A stretch of DNA of 64,000 nt from Balanoglossus misakiensis (lineage: Eukaryota; Animalia; Hemichordata). The notes under the pieces are model-generated. The model saw only the letters and a list, made by a program, of their open reading frames with translations, ran no database searches and was not told the origin of the DNA. The position numbers and the translations under genes were made by a program. The DNA lies in contig CM082586.2 of the NCBI GenBank assembly GCA_040954595.2, forward strand, positions 9,889,337-9,953,336, in the 5' to 3' direction. Shown here in pieces: positions 1-15,000 of this stretch (position 1 is its first letter; each line of letters starts with the position of its first letter).

Positions 1-3000
1 CATGGAAATTTTACAACTATCCGTCGATCTACAGAGTCTAGTGGAAAACGTTATTATGCGCATAGGCCTATATATGTGTTCTGCGCATCACAACAGAATT
101 TTGTAAACAAACGAGGCTGTGTTTGGAAGCAACCATGGACATTTTAGAACTATCTCTCGATCTACAGAGTCTATAGTGGAAAACTTTCTTATGCACATAG
201 GCCTATCAATGTGTTCTGTGCCTCACAACAGAATTCGGTAAATAAACGAGGCTGTTTGGAAGCAACCATGGAAATTTTACAACTATCCGTCGATCTACAG
301 AGTCTAGTGGAAAACGTTCTTATGCGCATAGGCCTATATATGTGTTCTGCGCATCACAAAAGAATTTTGTAAACAAACGAGGCTGTGTTTGGAAGCAACC
401 ATGGACATTTTAGAACTATCTCTCGATCTACAGAGTCTATAGTGGAAAACTTTCTTATGCACATATGCCTATCTATGTGTTCTGCGCCTCAAAACAGAAT
501 TCCGTAAATAAACGAGGCTGTTTGGAAGCAAACATGGCAATTTTAGAACTATCTCTCGATCTACAGAGTATAGTGGAAAACGTTCATATGCGCATAGGCC
601 TATCTATGTGTTCTGCGCATCACAACAGAATTTTGTAAACAAACCAGGCTTTGTTTGGAAGCAACCATGGACATTTTAGAACTATTCGTCGATCTACGGA
701 GTCTAGTGGAAAACTTTCTTATGCGCATAGGCATATGTATGTGTTCTACGCATCACAACAGAATTCGGTAAATAAACGAGGCTGTTTGGAAACAACCATG
801 GAAATTTTAGAACTATCCGTTGATCTAAAGTTGAAAAGTTTTTTATGCGCATAGGCCTATCTATGTGTTCTGCGCCTCACAACAGAAATCGGTAAATAAA
901 CGAGGCTGTTTGGAAGCAACCATGGAAATTTTACAACTATCTCTCGATCTACAGAGTCTATAGTGGAAAACTTTCTTATTCACATATGCCTATCTATGTG
1001 TTCTGCGCCTCAAAACAGAATTCCGCAAATAAACGAGGCTGTTTGGAAGCAAACATGGAAGTTTTAGAACTATCTCTATCTACAGTGTATAGTGGAAAAC
1101 GTTCATATGCGCATAGGCCTATCTATGTGTTCTGCGCATCACAACAGAATTTTGTAAACAAACGAGGCTGTGTTTGGTAGCAACCATGGACATTTTAGAA
1201 CTATCTCTCGATCTACAGAGTCTATAGTGGAAAACTTTCTTATGCACATATGCCTATCTATGTGTTCTGCGCCTCACAACAGAATTCGGTAAATAAACGA
1301 GGCTGTTTGGAAGCAACCATGGAAATTTTACAACTATCCGTCGATCTACGGAGTCTGGTGGAAAACTTTCTTATGCGCATAGGCCTATTACGTGTTCTGC
1401 GTCTCACAACAGAATTCGGTAAATAAACGAGGCTGTTTGGAAGCAACCATGGAAATTTTAGAACTATCTCTCGATCTACAGAGTCTAGTGGAAAACGTTC
1501 TTATGCGCATAGGCCTATATATGTGTTCTGCGCATCACAACAGAATTCGTAAACAAACGAGGTTGTTTGGAAGCAACCATGGAAATTTTACAACTATCCG
1601 TCGATCTACAGAGTCTAGTGGAAAAATGTCTTATGCGCATTGGCCTATCATGTGTTCTGCGCCTCACAACAGAAATCAGTAAATAAACGAGGCTGTTTGG
1701 AAGCAACCATGGAAATTTTACAACTATCAGTCCATCTACAGAGTCTGGTGGAAAACTTTCTTATGCGCATAGGCCTATAACGTGTTCTGCGCCTAACAAC
1801 AGAATTCGGTAAATAAACGAGGCTGTTTGGAAGCAACCATGGAAATTTTACAACTATCCGTCGATCTACAGAGTCTAGTGGAAACGTTCTTATGCGCATA
1901 GGCCTATATATGTGTTCTGCGCATCACAACAGAATTTTGTAAACAAACGAGGCTGTGTTTGGTAGCAACCATGGACATTTTAGAACTATCTCTCGATCTA
2001 CAGAGTCTATAGTGGAAAACTTTCTTATGCACATATGCCTATCTATGTGTTCTGCGCCTCACAACAGAATTCGGTAAATAAACGAGGCTGTTTGGAAGCA
2101 ACCATGGAAATTTTACAACTATCCGTCGATCTACAGAGTCTAGTGGAAAACGTTATTATGCGCATAGGCCTATATATGTGTTCTGCGCATCACAACAGAA
2201 TTTTGTAAACAAACGAGGCTGTGTTTGGAAGCAACCATGGACATTTTAGAACTATCTCTCGATCTACAGAGTCTATAGTGGAAAACTTTCTTATGCACAT
2301 AGGCCTATCTATGTGTTCTGTGCCTTACAACAGAATTCGGTAAATAAACGAGGCTGTTTGGAAGCAACCATGGAAATTTTACAACTATCCGTCGATGTAC
2401 AGAGTCTAGTGGAAAACGTTATTATGCGCATAGGCCTATATATGTGTTCTGCGCATCACAACAGAATTTTGTAAACAAACGAGGCTGTGTTTGGAAGCAA
2501 CCATGGACATTTTAGAACTATCTCTCGATCTACAGAGTCTATAGTGGAAAACTTTCTTATGCACATATGCCTATCTATGTGTTCTGCGCCTCAAAACAGA
2601 ATTCCGTAAATAAACGAGGCTGTTTGGAAGCAAACATGGAAATTTTAGAACTATCTCTCGATCTACAGAGTATAGTGGAAAACGTTCATATGCGCATAGG
2701 CCTATCTATGTGTTCTGCGCATCACAACAGAATTTTGTAAACAAACCAGGCTTTGTTTGGAAGCAACCATGGACATTTTAGAACTATTCGTCGATCTACG
2801 GAGTCTAGTGGAAAACTTTCTTATGCGCATAGGCATATGTATGTGTTCTACGCATCACAACAGAATTCGGTAAATAAACGAGGCTGTTTGGAAACAACCA
2901 TGGAAATTTTAGAACTATCCGTTGATCTAAAGTTGAAAAGTTTTTTATGCGCATAGGCCTATCTATGTGTTCTGCGCCTCACAACAGAAATCGGTAAATA

Positions 3001-6000
3001 AACGAGGCTGTTTGGAAGCAACCATGGAAATTTTACAACTATCTCTCGATCTACAGAGTCTATAGTGGAAAACTTTCTTATTCACATATGCCTATCTATG
3101 TGTTCTGCGCCTCAAAACAGAATTCCGCAAATAAACGAGGCTGTTTGGAAGCAAACATGGAAGTTTTAGAACTATCTCTCGATCTACAGTGTATGGTGGA
3201 AAACGTTCATATGCGCATAGGCCTATCTATGTGTTCTGCGCATCACAACAGAATTTTGTAAACAAACGAGGCTGTGTTTGGTAGCAACCATGGACATTTT
3301 AGAACTATCTCTCGATCTACAGAGTCTATAGTGGAAAACTTTCTTATTCACATATGCCTATCTATGTGTTCTGCGCCTCACAACAGAATTCGGTAAATAA
3401 ACGAGGCTGTTTGGAAGCAACCATGGAAATTTTACAACTATCCGTCGATCTACGGAGTCTGGTGGAAAACTTTCTTATGCGCATAGCCCTATATATGTGT
3501 TCTGCGCATCACAACAGAATTCGTAAACAAACGAGGTTGTTTGGAAGCAACCATGGAAATTTTACAACTATCCGTCGATCTACAGAGTCTAGTGGAAAAA
3601 TGTCTTATGCGCATTGGCCTATCATGTGTTCTGCGCCTCACAACAGAAATCAGTAAATAAACGAGGCTGTTTGGAAGCAACCATGGAAATTTTACAACTA
3701 TCAGTCCATCTACAGAGTCTGGTGGAAAACTTTCTTATGCGCATAGGCCTATAACGTGTTCTGCGCCTAACAACAGAATTCGGTAAATAAACGAGGCTGT
3801 TTGGAAGCAACCATGGAAATTTTACAACTATCCGTCGATCTACAGAGTCTGGTGGAAAACTTTCTTATGCGCATAGGCCTATAACGTGTTCTGCGCCTAA
3901 CAACAGAATTCGGTAAATAAACGAGGCTGTTTGGAAGCAACCATGGAAATTTTACAACTATCCGTCGATCTACAGAGTCTAGTGGAAAACGTTATAATGC
4001 GCATAGGCCTATCTATGTGTTATGCGCATCACAACAGAAATCGGTAAATAAACGAGGCTGTATTTGGAAGCAACCATGAACATTTTACAACTATCCGTCG
4101 ATCTACAGAGTCTAGTGGAAAACGTTCTTATGCGCATAGGCCTATATATGTGTTCTGCGCATCACAACAGAATTCGGTAAACAAACGAGGTTGTTTGGAA
4201 GCAACCATGGACATTTTACAACTATCCGTCGATCTACAGAGTCTAGTGGAAAAATGTCGTATGCGCATAGGCCTATCATGTGTTCTGCGCCTCAAAACAG
4301 AATTCCGTAAATAAACGAGGCTGTTTGCAAGCAAACATGGAAATTTTACAGCTATCCGTCGATCTACAGAGTCTAGTGGAAAACGTTCTTTTGCGCATAG
4401 GCCTATATATGTGTTATGCGCATCACAACAGAAATCGGTAAATAAACGAGGCTGTATTTGGAAGCAACCATGGACATTTTACAACTATCCGTCGATCTAC
4501 AGAGTCTTGTGGAAAACTTTCTAATGCGCATAGGCCTATTACGTGTTCTGCGCCTCACAACAGAATTCCGTAAATAAACGAGGCTGTTTGGAAGCAACCA
4601 TGGAAATGTTAGAACTATCCGTCGATCTACAGAGTCTAGTGGAAAAATGTCTTATGCGCATAGGCCTATCATGTGTTCTGCGCCTCACAACAGAAATCGG
4701 TAAATAAACGAGGCAGTTTGGAAGCAACCATGGAAATTTTACAGCTATCCGTCGATCTACAGAGTCTAGTGGAAAACGTTCTTTTGCGCATAGGCCTATA
4801 TATGTGTTCTGCGCATCACAACAGAATTTTGTAAACAAACGAGGCTGTGTTTGGAAGCAACCATGGACATTTTAGAACTATCTCTCGATCTACAGAGTCT
4901 ATAGTGGAAAACTTTCTTATGCACATATGCCTATCTATGTGTTCTGCGCCTAAAAACAGAATTCCGTAAATAAACGAGGCTGTTTGGAAGCAAACATGGC
5001 AATTTTACAGCTATCCGTGGATATACAGAGTCTAGTGGAAAACGTTCTTATGCGCATAGGCCTATATATGTGTTCTGCGCATCACAACAGAATTTTGTAA
5101 ACAAACGAGGCTGTGTTTGGAAGCAACCATGGAAATTTTAGAACTATCCGTTGATCTAAAGTTGAAAAGTTTTTTATGCGCATAGGCCTATCTATGTGTT
5201 CTGCGCCTCACAACAGAAATCGGTAAATAAACGAGGCTGTTTGGAAGCAACCATGGAAATTTTACAACTATCTCTCGATCTACAGAGTCTATAGTGGAAA
5301 ACTTTCTTATTCACATATGCCTATCTATGTGTTCTGCGCCTCAAAACAGAATTCCGCAAATAAACGAGGCTGTTTGGAAGCAAACATGGAAGTTTTAGAA
5401 CTATCTCTCGATCTACAGTGTATAGTGGAAAACGTTCATATGCGCATAGGCCTATCTATGTGTTCTGCGCATCACAACAGAATTTTGTAAACAAACGAGG
5501 CTGTGTTTGGTAGCAACCATGGACATTTTAGAACTATCTCTCGATCTACAGAGTCTATAGTGGAAAACTTTCTTATGCACATAGGCCTATCTATGTGTTC
5601 TGCGCCTCACAACAGAATTCGGTAAATAAACGAGGCTGTTTGGAAGCAACCATGGAAATTTTACAACTATCCGTCGATCTACGGAGTCTGGTGGAAAACT
5701 TTCTTATGCGCATAGGCCTATTACGTGTTCTGCGTCTCACAACAGAATTCGGTAAATAAACGAGGCTGTTTGGAAGCAACCATGGAAATTTTAGAACTAT
5801 CTCTCGATCTACAGAGTCTAGTGGAAAACGTTCTTATGCGCATAGGCCTATATATGTGTTCTGCGCATCACAACAGAATTCGTAAACAAACGAGGTTGTT
5901 TGGAAGCAACCATGGAAATTTTACAACTATCCGTCGATCTACAGAGTCTAGTGGAAAAATGTCTTATGCGCATTGGCCTATCATGTGTTCTGCGCCTCAC

Positions 6001-9000
6001 AACAGAAATCAGTAAATAAACGAGGCTGTTTGGAAGCAACCATGGAAATTTTACAACTATCCGTCGATCTACAGAGTCTGGTGGAAAACTTTCTTATGCG
6101 CATAGGCCTATAACGTGTTCTGCGCCTAACAACAGAATTCGGTAAATAAACGAGGCTGTTTGGAAGCAACCATGGAAATTTTACAACTATCCGTCGATCT
6201 ACAGAGTCTAGTGGAAAACGTTATAATGCGCATAGGCCTATCTATGTGTTATGCGCATCACAACAGAAATCGGTAAAGAAACGAGGCTGTATTTGGAAGC
6301 AACCATGAACATTTTACAACTATCCGTCGATCTACAGAGTCTAGTGGAAAACGTTCTTATGCGCATAGGCCTATATATGTGTTCTGCGCATCACAACAGA
6401 ATTCGGTAAACAAACGAGGTTGTTTGGAAGCAACCATGGACATTTTACAACTATCCGTCGATCTACAGAGTCTAGTGGAAAAATGTCGTATGCGCATAGG
6501 CCTATCATGTGTTCTGCGCCTCAAAACAGAATTCCGTAAATAAACGAGGCTGTTTGCAAGCAAACATGGAAATTTTACAGCTATCCGTCGATCTACAGAG
6601 TCTAGTGGAAAACGTTCTTTTGCGCATAGGCCTATATATGTGTTATGCGCATCACAACAGAAATCGGTAAATAAACGAGGCTGTATTTGGAAGCAACCAT
6701 GGACATTTTACAACTATCCGTCGATCTACAGAGTCTTGTGGAAAACTTTCTAATGCGCATAGGCCTATTACGTGTTCTGCGCCTCACAACAGAATTCCGT
6801 AAATAAACGAGGCTGTTTGGAAGCAACCATGGAAATGTTAGAACTATCCGTCGATCTACAGAGTCTAGTGGAAAAATGTCTTATGCGCATAGGCCTATCA
6901 TGTGTTCTGCGCCTCACAACAGAAATCGGTAAATAAACGAGGCAGTTTGGAAGCAACCATGGAAATTTTACAGCTATCCGTCGATCTACAGAGTCTAGTG
7001 GAAAACGTTCTTTTGCGCATATGCCTATATATGTGTTCTGCGCATCACAACAGAATTTTGTAAACAAACGAGGCTGTGTTTGGAAGCAACCATGGACATT
7101 TTAGAACTATCTCTCGATCTACAGAGTCTATAGTGGAAAACTTTCTTATGCACATATGCCTATCTATGTGTTCTGCGCCTAAAAACAGAATTCCGTAAAT
7201 AAACGAGGCTGTTTGGAAGCAAACATGGCAATTTTACAGCTATCCGTGGATATACAGAGTCTAGTGGAAAACGTTCTTATGCGCATAGGCCTATATATGT
7301 GTTCTGCGCATCACAACAGAATTTTGTAAACAAACGAGGCTGTGTTTGGAAGCAACCATGGAAATTTTAGAACTATCCGTTGATCTAAAGTTGAAAAGTT
7401 TTTTATGCGCATAGGCCTATCTATGTGTTCTGCGCCTCACAACAGAAATCGGTAAATAAACGAGGCTGTTTGGAAGCAACCATGGAAATTTTACAACTAT
7501 CTCTCGATCTACAGAGTCTATAGTGGAAAACTTTCTTATTCACATATGCCTATCTATGTGTTCTGCGCCTCAAAACAGAATTCCGCAAATAAACGAGGCT
7601 GTTTGGAAGCAAACATGGAAGTTTTAGAACTATCTCTCGATCTACAGTGTATAGTGGAAAACGTTCATATGCGCATAGGCCTATCTATGTGTTCTGCGCA
7701 TCACAACAGAATTTTGTAAACAAACGAGGCTGTGTTTGGTAGCAACCATGGACATTTTAGAACTATCTCTCGATCTACAGAGTCTATAGTGGAAAACTTT
7801 CTTATGCACATAGGCCTATCTATGTGTTCTGCGCCTCACAACAGAATTCGGTAAATAAACGAGGCTGTTTGGAAGCAACCATGGAAATTTTACAACTATC
7901 CGTCGATCTACGGAGTCTGGTGGAAAACTTTCTTATGCGCATAGGCCTATTACGTGTTCTGCGTCTCACAACAGAATTCGGTAAATAAACGAGGCTGTTT
8001 GGAAGCAACCATGGAAATTTTAGAACTATCTCTCGATCTACAGAGTCTAGTGGAAAACGTTCTTATGCGCATAGGCCTATATATGTGTTCTGCGCATCAC
8101 AACAGAATTCGTAAACAAACGAGGTTGTTTGGAAGCAACCATGGAAATTTTACAACTATCCGTCGATCTACAGAGTCTAGTGGAAAAATGTCTTATGCGC
8201 ATTGGCCTATCATGTGTTCTGCGCCTCACAACAGAAATCAGTAAATAAACGAGGCTGTTTGGAAGCAACCATGGAAATTTTACAACTATCCGTCGATCTA
8301 CAGAGTCTAGTGGAAACGTTCTTATGCGCATAGGCCTATATATGTGTTCTGCGCATCACAACAGAATTTTGTAAACAAACGAGGCTGTGTTTGGTAGCAA
8401 CCATGGACATTTTAGAACTATCTCTCGATCTACAGAGTCTATAGTGGAAAACTTTCTTATGCACATATGCCTATCTATGTGTTCTGCGCCTCACAACAGA
8501 ATTCGGTAAATAAACGAGGCTGTTTGGAAGCAACCATGGAAATTTTACAACTATCCGTCGATCTACAGAGTCTAGTGGAAAACGTTATTATGCGCATAGG
8601 CCTATATATGTGTTCTGCGCATCACAACAGAATTTTGTAAACAAACGAGGCTGTGTTTGGAAGCAACCATGGACATTTTAGAACTATCTCTCGATCTACA
8701 GAGTCTATAGTGGAAAACTTTCTTATGCACATAGGCCTATCTATGTGTTCTGTGCCTTACAACAGAATTCGGTAAATAAACGAGGCTGTTTGGAAGCAAC
8801 CATGGAAATTTTACAACTATCCGTCGATCTACAGAGTCTAGTGGAAAACGTTATTATGCGCATAGGCCTATATATGTGTTCTGCGCATCACAACAGAATT
8901 TTGTAAACAAACGAGGCTGTGTTTGGAAGCAACCATGGACATTTTAGAACTATCTCTCGATCTACAGAGTCTATAGTGGAAAACTTTCTTATGCACATAT

Positions 9001-12000
9001 GCCTATCTATGTGTTCTGCGCCTCAAAACAGAATTCCGTAAATAAACGAGGCTGTTTGGAAGCAAACATGGAAATTTTAGAACTATCTCTCGATCTACAG
9101 AGTATAGTGGAAAACGTTCATATGCGCATAGGCCTATCTATGTGTTCTGCGCATCACAACAGAATTTTGTAAACAAACCAGGCTTTGTTTGGAAACAACC
9201 ATGGACATTTTAGAACTATTCGTCGATCTACGGAGTCTAGTGGAAAACTTTCTTATGCGCATAGGCATATGTATGTGTTCTACGCATCACAACAGAATTC
9301 GGTAAATAAACGAGGCTGTTTGGAAACAACCATGGAAATTTTAGAACTATCCGTTGATCTAAAGTTGAAAAGTTTTTTATGCGCATAGGCCTATCTATGT
9401 GTTCTGCGCCTCACAACAGAAATCGGTAAATAAACGAGGCTGTTTGGAAGCAACCATGGAAATTTTACAACTATCTCTCGATCTACAGAGTCTATAGTGG
9501 AAAACTTTCTTATTCACATATGCCTATCTATGTGTTCTGCGCCTCAAAACAGAATTCCGCAAATAAACGAGGCTGTTTGGAAGCAAACATGGAAGTTTTA
9601 GAACTATCTCTCGATCTACAGTGTATGGTGGAAAACGTTCATATGCGCATAGGCCTATCTATGTGTTCTGCGCATCACAACAGAATTTTGTAAACAAACG
9701 AGGCTGTGTTTGGTAGCAACCATGGACATTTTAGAACTATCTCTCGATCTACAGAGTCTATAGTGGAAAACTTTCTTATGCACATATGCCTATCTATGTG
9801 TTCTGCGCCTCACAACAGAATTCGGTAAATAAACGAGGCTGTTTGGAAGCAACCATGGAAATTTTACAACTATCCGTCGATCTACGGAGTCTGGTGGAAA
9901 ACTTTCTTATGCGCATAGCCCTATATATGTGTTCTGCGCATCACAACAGAATTTTGTAAACAAACGAGGCTGTGTTTGGTAGCAACCATGGACATTTTAG
10001 AACTATCTCTCGATCTACAGAGTCTATAGTGGAAAACTTTCTTATGCACATAGGCCTATCTATGTGTTCTGCGCCTCACAACAGAATTCGGTAAATAAAC
10101 GAGGCTGTTTGGAAGCAACCATGGAAATTTTACAACTATCCGTCGATCTACGGAGTCTGGTGGAAAACTTTCTTATGCGCATAGGCCTATTACGTGTTCT
10201 GCGTCTCACAACAGAATTCGGTAAATAAACGAGGCTGTTTGGAAGCAACCATGGAAATTTTAGAACTATCTCTCGATCTACAGAGTCTAGTGGAAAACGT
10301 TCTTATGCGCATAGGCCTATATATGTGTTCTGCGCATCACAACAGAATTCGTAAACAAACGAGGTTGTTTGGAAGCAACCATGGAAATTTTACAACTATC
10401 CGTCGATCTACAGAGTCTAGTGGAAAAATGTCTTATGCGCATTGGCCTATCATGTGTTCTGCGCCTCACAACAGAAATCAGTAAATAAACGAGGCTGTTT
10501 GGAAGCAACCATGGAAATTTTACAACTATCCGTCGATCTACAGAGTCTAGTGGAAACGTTCTTATGCGCATAGGCCTATATATGTGTTCTGCGCATCACA
10601 ACAGAATTTTGTAAACAAACGAGGCTGTGTTTGGTAGCAACCATGGACATTTTAGAACTATCTCTCGATCTACAGAGTCTATAGTGGAAAACTTTCTTAT
10701 GCACATATGCCTATCTATGTGTTCTGCGCCTCACAACAGAATTCGGTAAATAAACGAGGCTGTTTGGAAGCAACCATGGAAATTTTACAACTATCCGTCG
10801 ATCTACAGAGTCTAGTGGAAAACGTTATTATGCGCATAGGCCTATATATGTGTTCTGCGCATCACAACAGAATTTTGTAAACAAACGAGGCTGTGTTTGG
10901 AAGCAACCATGGACATTTTAGAACTATCTCTCGATCTACAGAGTCTATAGTGGAAAACTTTCTTATGCACATAGGCCTATCTATGTGTTCTGTGCCTTAC
11001 AACAGAATTCGGTAAATAAACGAGGCTGTTTGGAAGCAACCATGGAAATTTTACAACTATCCGTCGATCTACAGAGTCTAGTGGAAAACGTTATTATGCG
11101 CATAGGCCTATATATGTGTTCTGCGCATCACAACAGAATTTTGTAAACAAACGAGGCTGTGTTTGGAAGCAACCATGGACATTTTAGAACTATCTCTCGA
11201 TCTACAGAGTCTATAGTGGAAAACTTTCTTATGCACATATGCCTATCTATGTGTTCTGCGCCTCAAAACAGAATTCCGTAAATAAACGAGGCTGTTTGGA
11301 AGCAAACATGGAAATTTTAGAACTATCTCTCGATCTACAGAGTATAGTGGAAAACGTTCATATGCGCATAGGCCTATCTATGTGTTCTGCGCATCACAAC
11401 AGAATTTTGTAAACAAACCAGGCTTTGTTTGGAAGCAACCATGGACATTTTAGAACTATTCGTCGATCTACGGAGTCTAGTGGAAAACTTTCTTATGCGC
11501 ATAGGCATATGTATGTGTTCTACGCATCACAACAGAATTCGGTAAATAAACGAGGCTGTTTGGAAACAACCATGGAAATTTTAGAACTATCCGTTGATCT
11601 AAAGTTGAAAAGTTTTTTATGCGCATAGGCCTATCTATGTGTTCTGCGCCTCACAACAGAAATCGGTAAATAAACGAGGCTGTTTGGAAGCAACCATGGA
11701 AATTTTACAACTATCTCTCGATCTACAGAGTCTATAGTGGAACACTTTCTTATTCACATATGCCTATCTATGTGTTCTGCGCCTCAAAACAGAATTCCGC
11801 AAATAAACGAGGCTGTTTGGAAGCAAACATGGAAGTTTTAGAACTATCTCTCGATCTACAGTGTATGGTGGAAAACGTTCATATGCGCATAGGCCTATCT
11901 ATGTGTTCTGCGCATCACAACAGAATTTTGTAAACAAACGAGGCTGTGTTTGGTAGCAACCATGGACATTTTAGAACTATCTCTCGATCTACAGAGTCTA

Positions 12001-15000
12001 TAGTGGAAAACTTTCTTATGCACATATGCCTATCTATGTGTTCTGCGCCTCACAACAGAATTCGGTAAATAAACGAGGCTGTTTGGAAGCAACCATGGAA
12101 ATTTTACAACTATCCGTCGATCTACGGAGTCTGGTGGAAAACTTTCTTATGCGCATAGCCCTATATATGTGTTCTGCGCATCACAACAGAATTCGTAAAC
12201 AAACGAGGTTGTTTGGAAGCAACCATGGAAATTTTACAACTATCCGTCGATCTACAGAGTCTAGTGGAAAAATGTCTTATGCGCATTGGCCTATCATGTG
12301 TTCTGCGCCTCACAACAGAATTCGGTAAATAAACGAGGCTGTTTGGAAGCAACCATGGAAATTTTACAACTATCCGTCGATCTACGGAGTCTGGTGGAAA
12401 ACTTTCTTATGCGCATAGCCCTATATATGTGTTCTGCGCATCACAACAGAATTCGTAAACAAACGAGGTTGTTTGGAAGCAACCATGGAAATTTTACAAC
12501 TATCCGTCGATCTACAGAGTCTAGTGGAAAAATGTCTTATGCGCATTGGCCTATCATGTGTTCTGCGCCTCACAACAGAAATCAGTAAATAAACGAGGCT
12601 GTTTGGAAGCAACCATGGAAATTTTACAACTATCATTCCATCTACAGAGTCTGGTGGAAAACTTTCTTATGCGCATAGGCCTATAACGTGTTCTGCGCCT
12701 AACAACAGAATTCGGTAAATAAACGAGGCTGTTTGGAAGCAACCATGGAAATTTTACAACTATCCGTCGATCTACGGAGTCTGGTGGAAAACTTTCTTAT
12801 GCGCATAGGCCTATTACGTGTTCTGCGTCTCACAACAGAATTCGGTAAATAAACGAGGCTGTTTGGAAGCAACCATGGAAATTTTAGAACTATCTCTCGA
12901 TCTACAGAGTCTAGTGGAAAACGTTCTTATGCGCATAGGCCTATATATGTGTTCTGCGCATCACAACAGAATTCGTAAACAAACGAGGTTGTTTGGAAGC
13001 AACCATGGAAATTTTACAACTATCCGTCGATCTACAGAGTCTAGTGGAAAAATGTCTTATGCGCATTGGCCTATCATGTGTTCTGCGCCTCACAACAGAA
13101 ATCAGTAAATAAACGAGGCTGTTTGGAAGCAACCATGGAAATTTTACAACTATCCGTCGATCTACAGAGTCTAGTGGAAACGTTCTTATGCGCATAGGCC
13201 TATATATGTGTTCTGCGCATCACAACAGAATTTTGTAAACAAACGAGGCTGTGTTTGGTAGCAACCATGGACATTTTAGAACTATCTCTCGATCTACAGA
13301 GTCTATAGTGGAAAACTTTCTTATGCACATATGCCTATCTATGTGTTCTGCGCCTCACAACAGAATTCGGTAAATAAACGAGGCTGTTTGGAAGCAACCA
13401 TGGAAATTTTACAACTATCCGTCGATCTACAGAGTCTAGTGGAAAACGTTATTATGCGCATAGGCCTATATATGTGTTCTGCGCATCACAACAGAATTTT
13501 GTAAACAAACGAGGCTGTGTTTGGAAGCAACCATGGACATTTTAGAACTATCTCTCGATCTACAGAGTCTATAGTGGAAAACTTTCTTATGCACATAGGC
13601 CTATCTATGTGTTCTGTGCCTTACAACAGAATTCGGTAAATAAACGAGGCTGTTTGGAAGCAACCATGGAAATTTTACAACTATCCGTCGATCTACAGAG
13701 TCTAGTGGAAAACGTTATTATGCGCATAGGCCTATATATGTGTTCTGCGCATCACAACAGAATTTTGTAAACAAACGAGGCTGTGTTTGGAAGCAACCAT
13801 GGACATTTTAGAACTATCTCTCGATCTACAGAGTCTATAGTGGAAAACTTTCTTATGCACATATGCCTATCTATGTGTTCTGCGCCTCAAAACAGAATTC
13901 CGTAAATAAACGAGGCTGTTTGGAAGCAAACATGGAAATTTTAGAACTATCTCTCGATCTACAGAGTATAGTGGAAAACGTTCATATGCGCATAGGCCTA
14001 TCTATGTGTTCTGCGCATCACAACAGAATTTTGTAAACAAACCAGGCTTTGTTTGGAAGCAACCATGGACATTTTAGAACTATTCGTCGATCTACGGAGT
14101 CTAGTGGAAAACTTTCTTATGCGCATAGGCATATGTATGTGTTCTACGCATCACAACAGAATTCGGTAAATAAACGAGGCTGTTTGGAAACAACCATGGA
14201 AATTTTAGAACTATCCGTTGATCTAAAGTTGAAAAGTTTTTTATGCGCATAGGCCTATCTATGTGTTCTGCGCCTCACAACAGAAATCGGTAAATAAACG
14301 AGGCTGTTTGGAAGCAACCATGGAAATTTTACAACTATCTCTCGATCTACAGAGTCTATAGTGGAACACTTTCTTATTCACATATGCCTATCTATGTGTT
14401 CTGCGCCTCAAAACAGAATTCCGCAAATAAACGAGGCTGTTTGGAAGCAAACATGGAAGTTTTAGAACTATCTCTCGATCTACAGTGTATGGTGGAAAAC
14501 GTTCATATGCGCATAGGCCTATCTATGTGTTCTGCGCATCACAACAGAATTTTGTAAACAAACGAGGCTGTGTTTGGTAGCAACCATGGACATTTTAGAA
14601 CTATCTCTCGATCTACAGAGTCTATAGTGGAAAACTTTCTTATGCACATATGCCTATCTATGTGTTCTGCGCCTCACAACAGAATTCGGTAAATAAACGA
14701 GGCTGTTTGGAAGCAACCATGGAAATTTTACAACTATCCGTCGATCTACGGAGTCTGGTGGAAAACTTTCTTATGCGCATAGCCCTATATATGTGTTCTG
14801 CGCATCACAACAGAATTCGTAAACAAACGAGGTTGTTTGGAAGCAACCATGGAAATTTTACAACTATCCGTCGATCTACAGAGTCTAGTGGAAAAATGTC
14901 TTATGCGCATTGGCCTATCATGTGTTCTGCGCCTCACAACAGAAATCAGTAAATAAACGAGGCTGTTTGGAAGCAACCATGGAAATTTTACAACTATCAT

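Noticed and set aside
232-252. CENP-B box in the monomer (TTCGGTAAATAAACGAGG)
   Set aside because: TTCG....A matches, but the spacing to CG is 4 rather than 2 bases and CGGG is CGAG, so it is not canonical.
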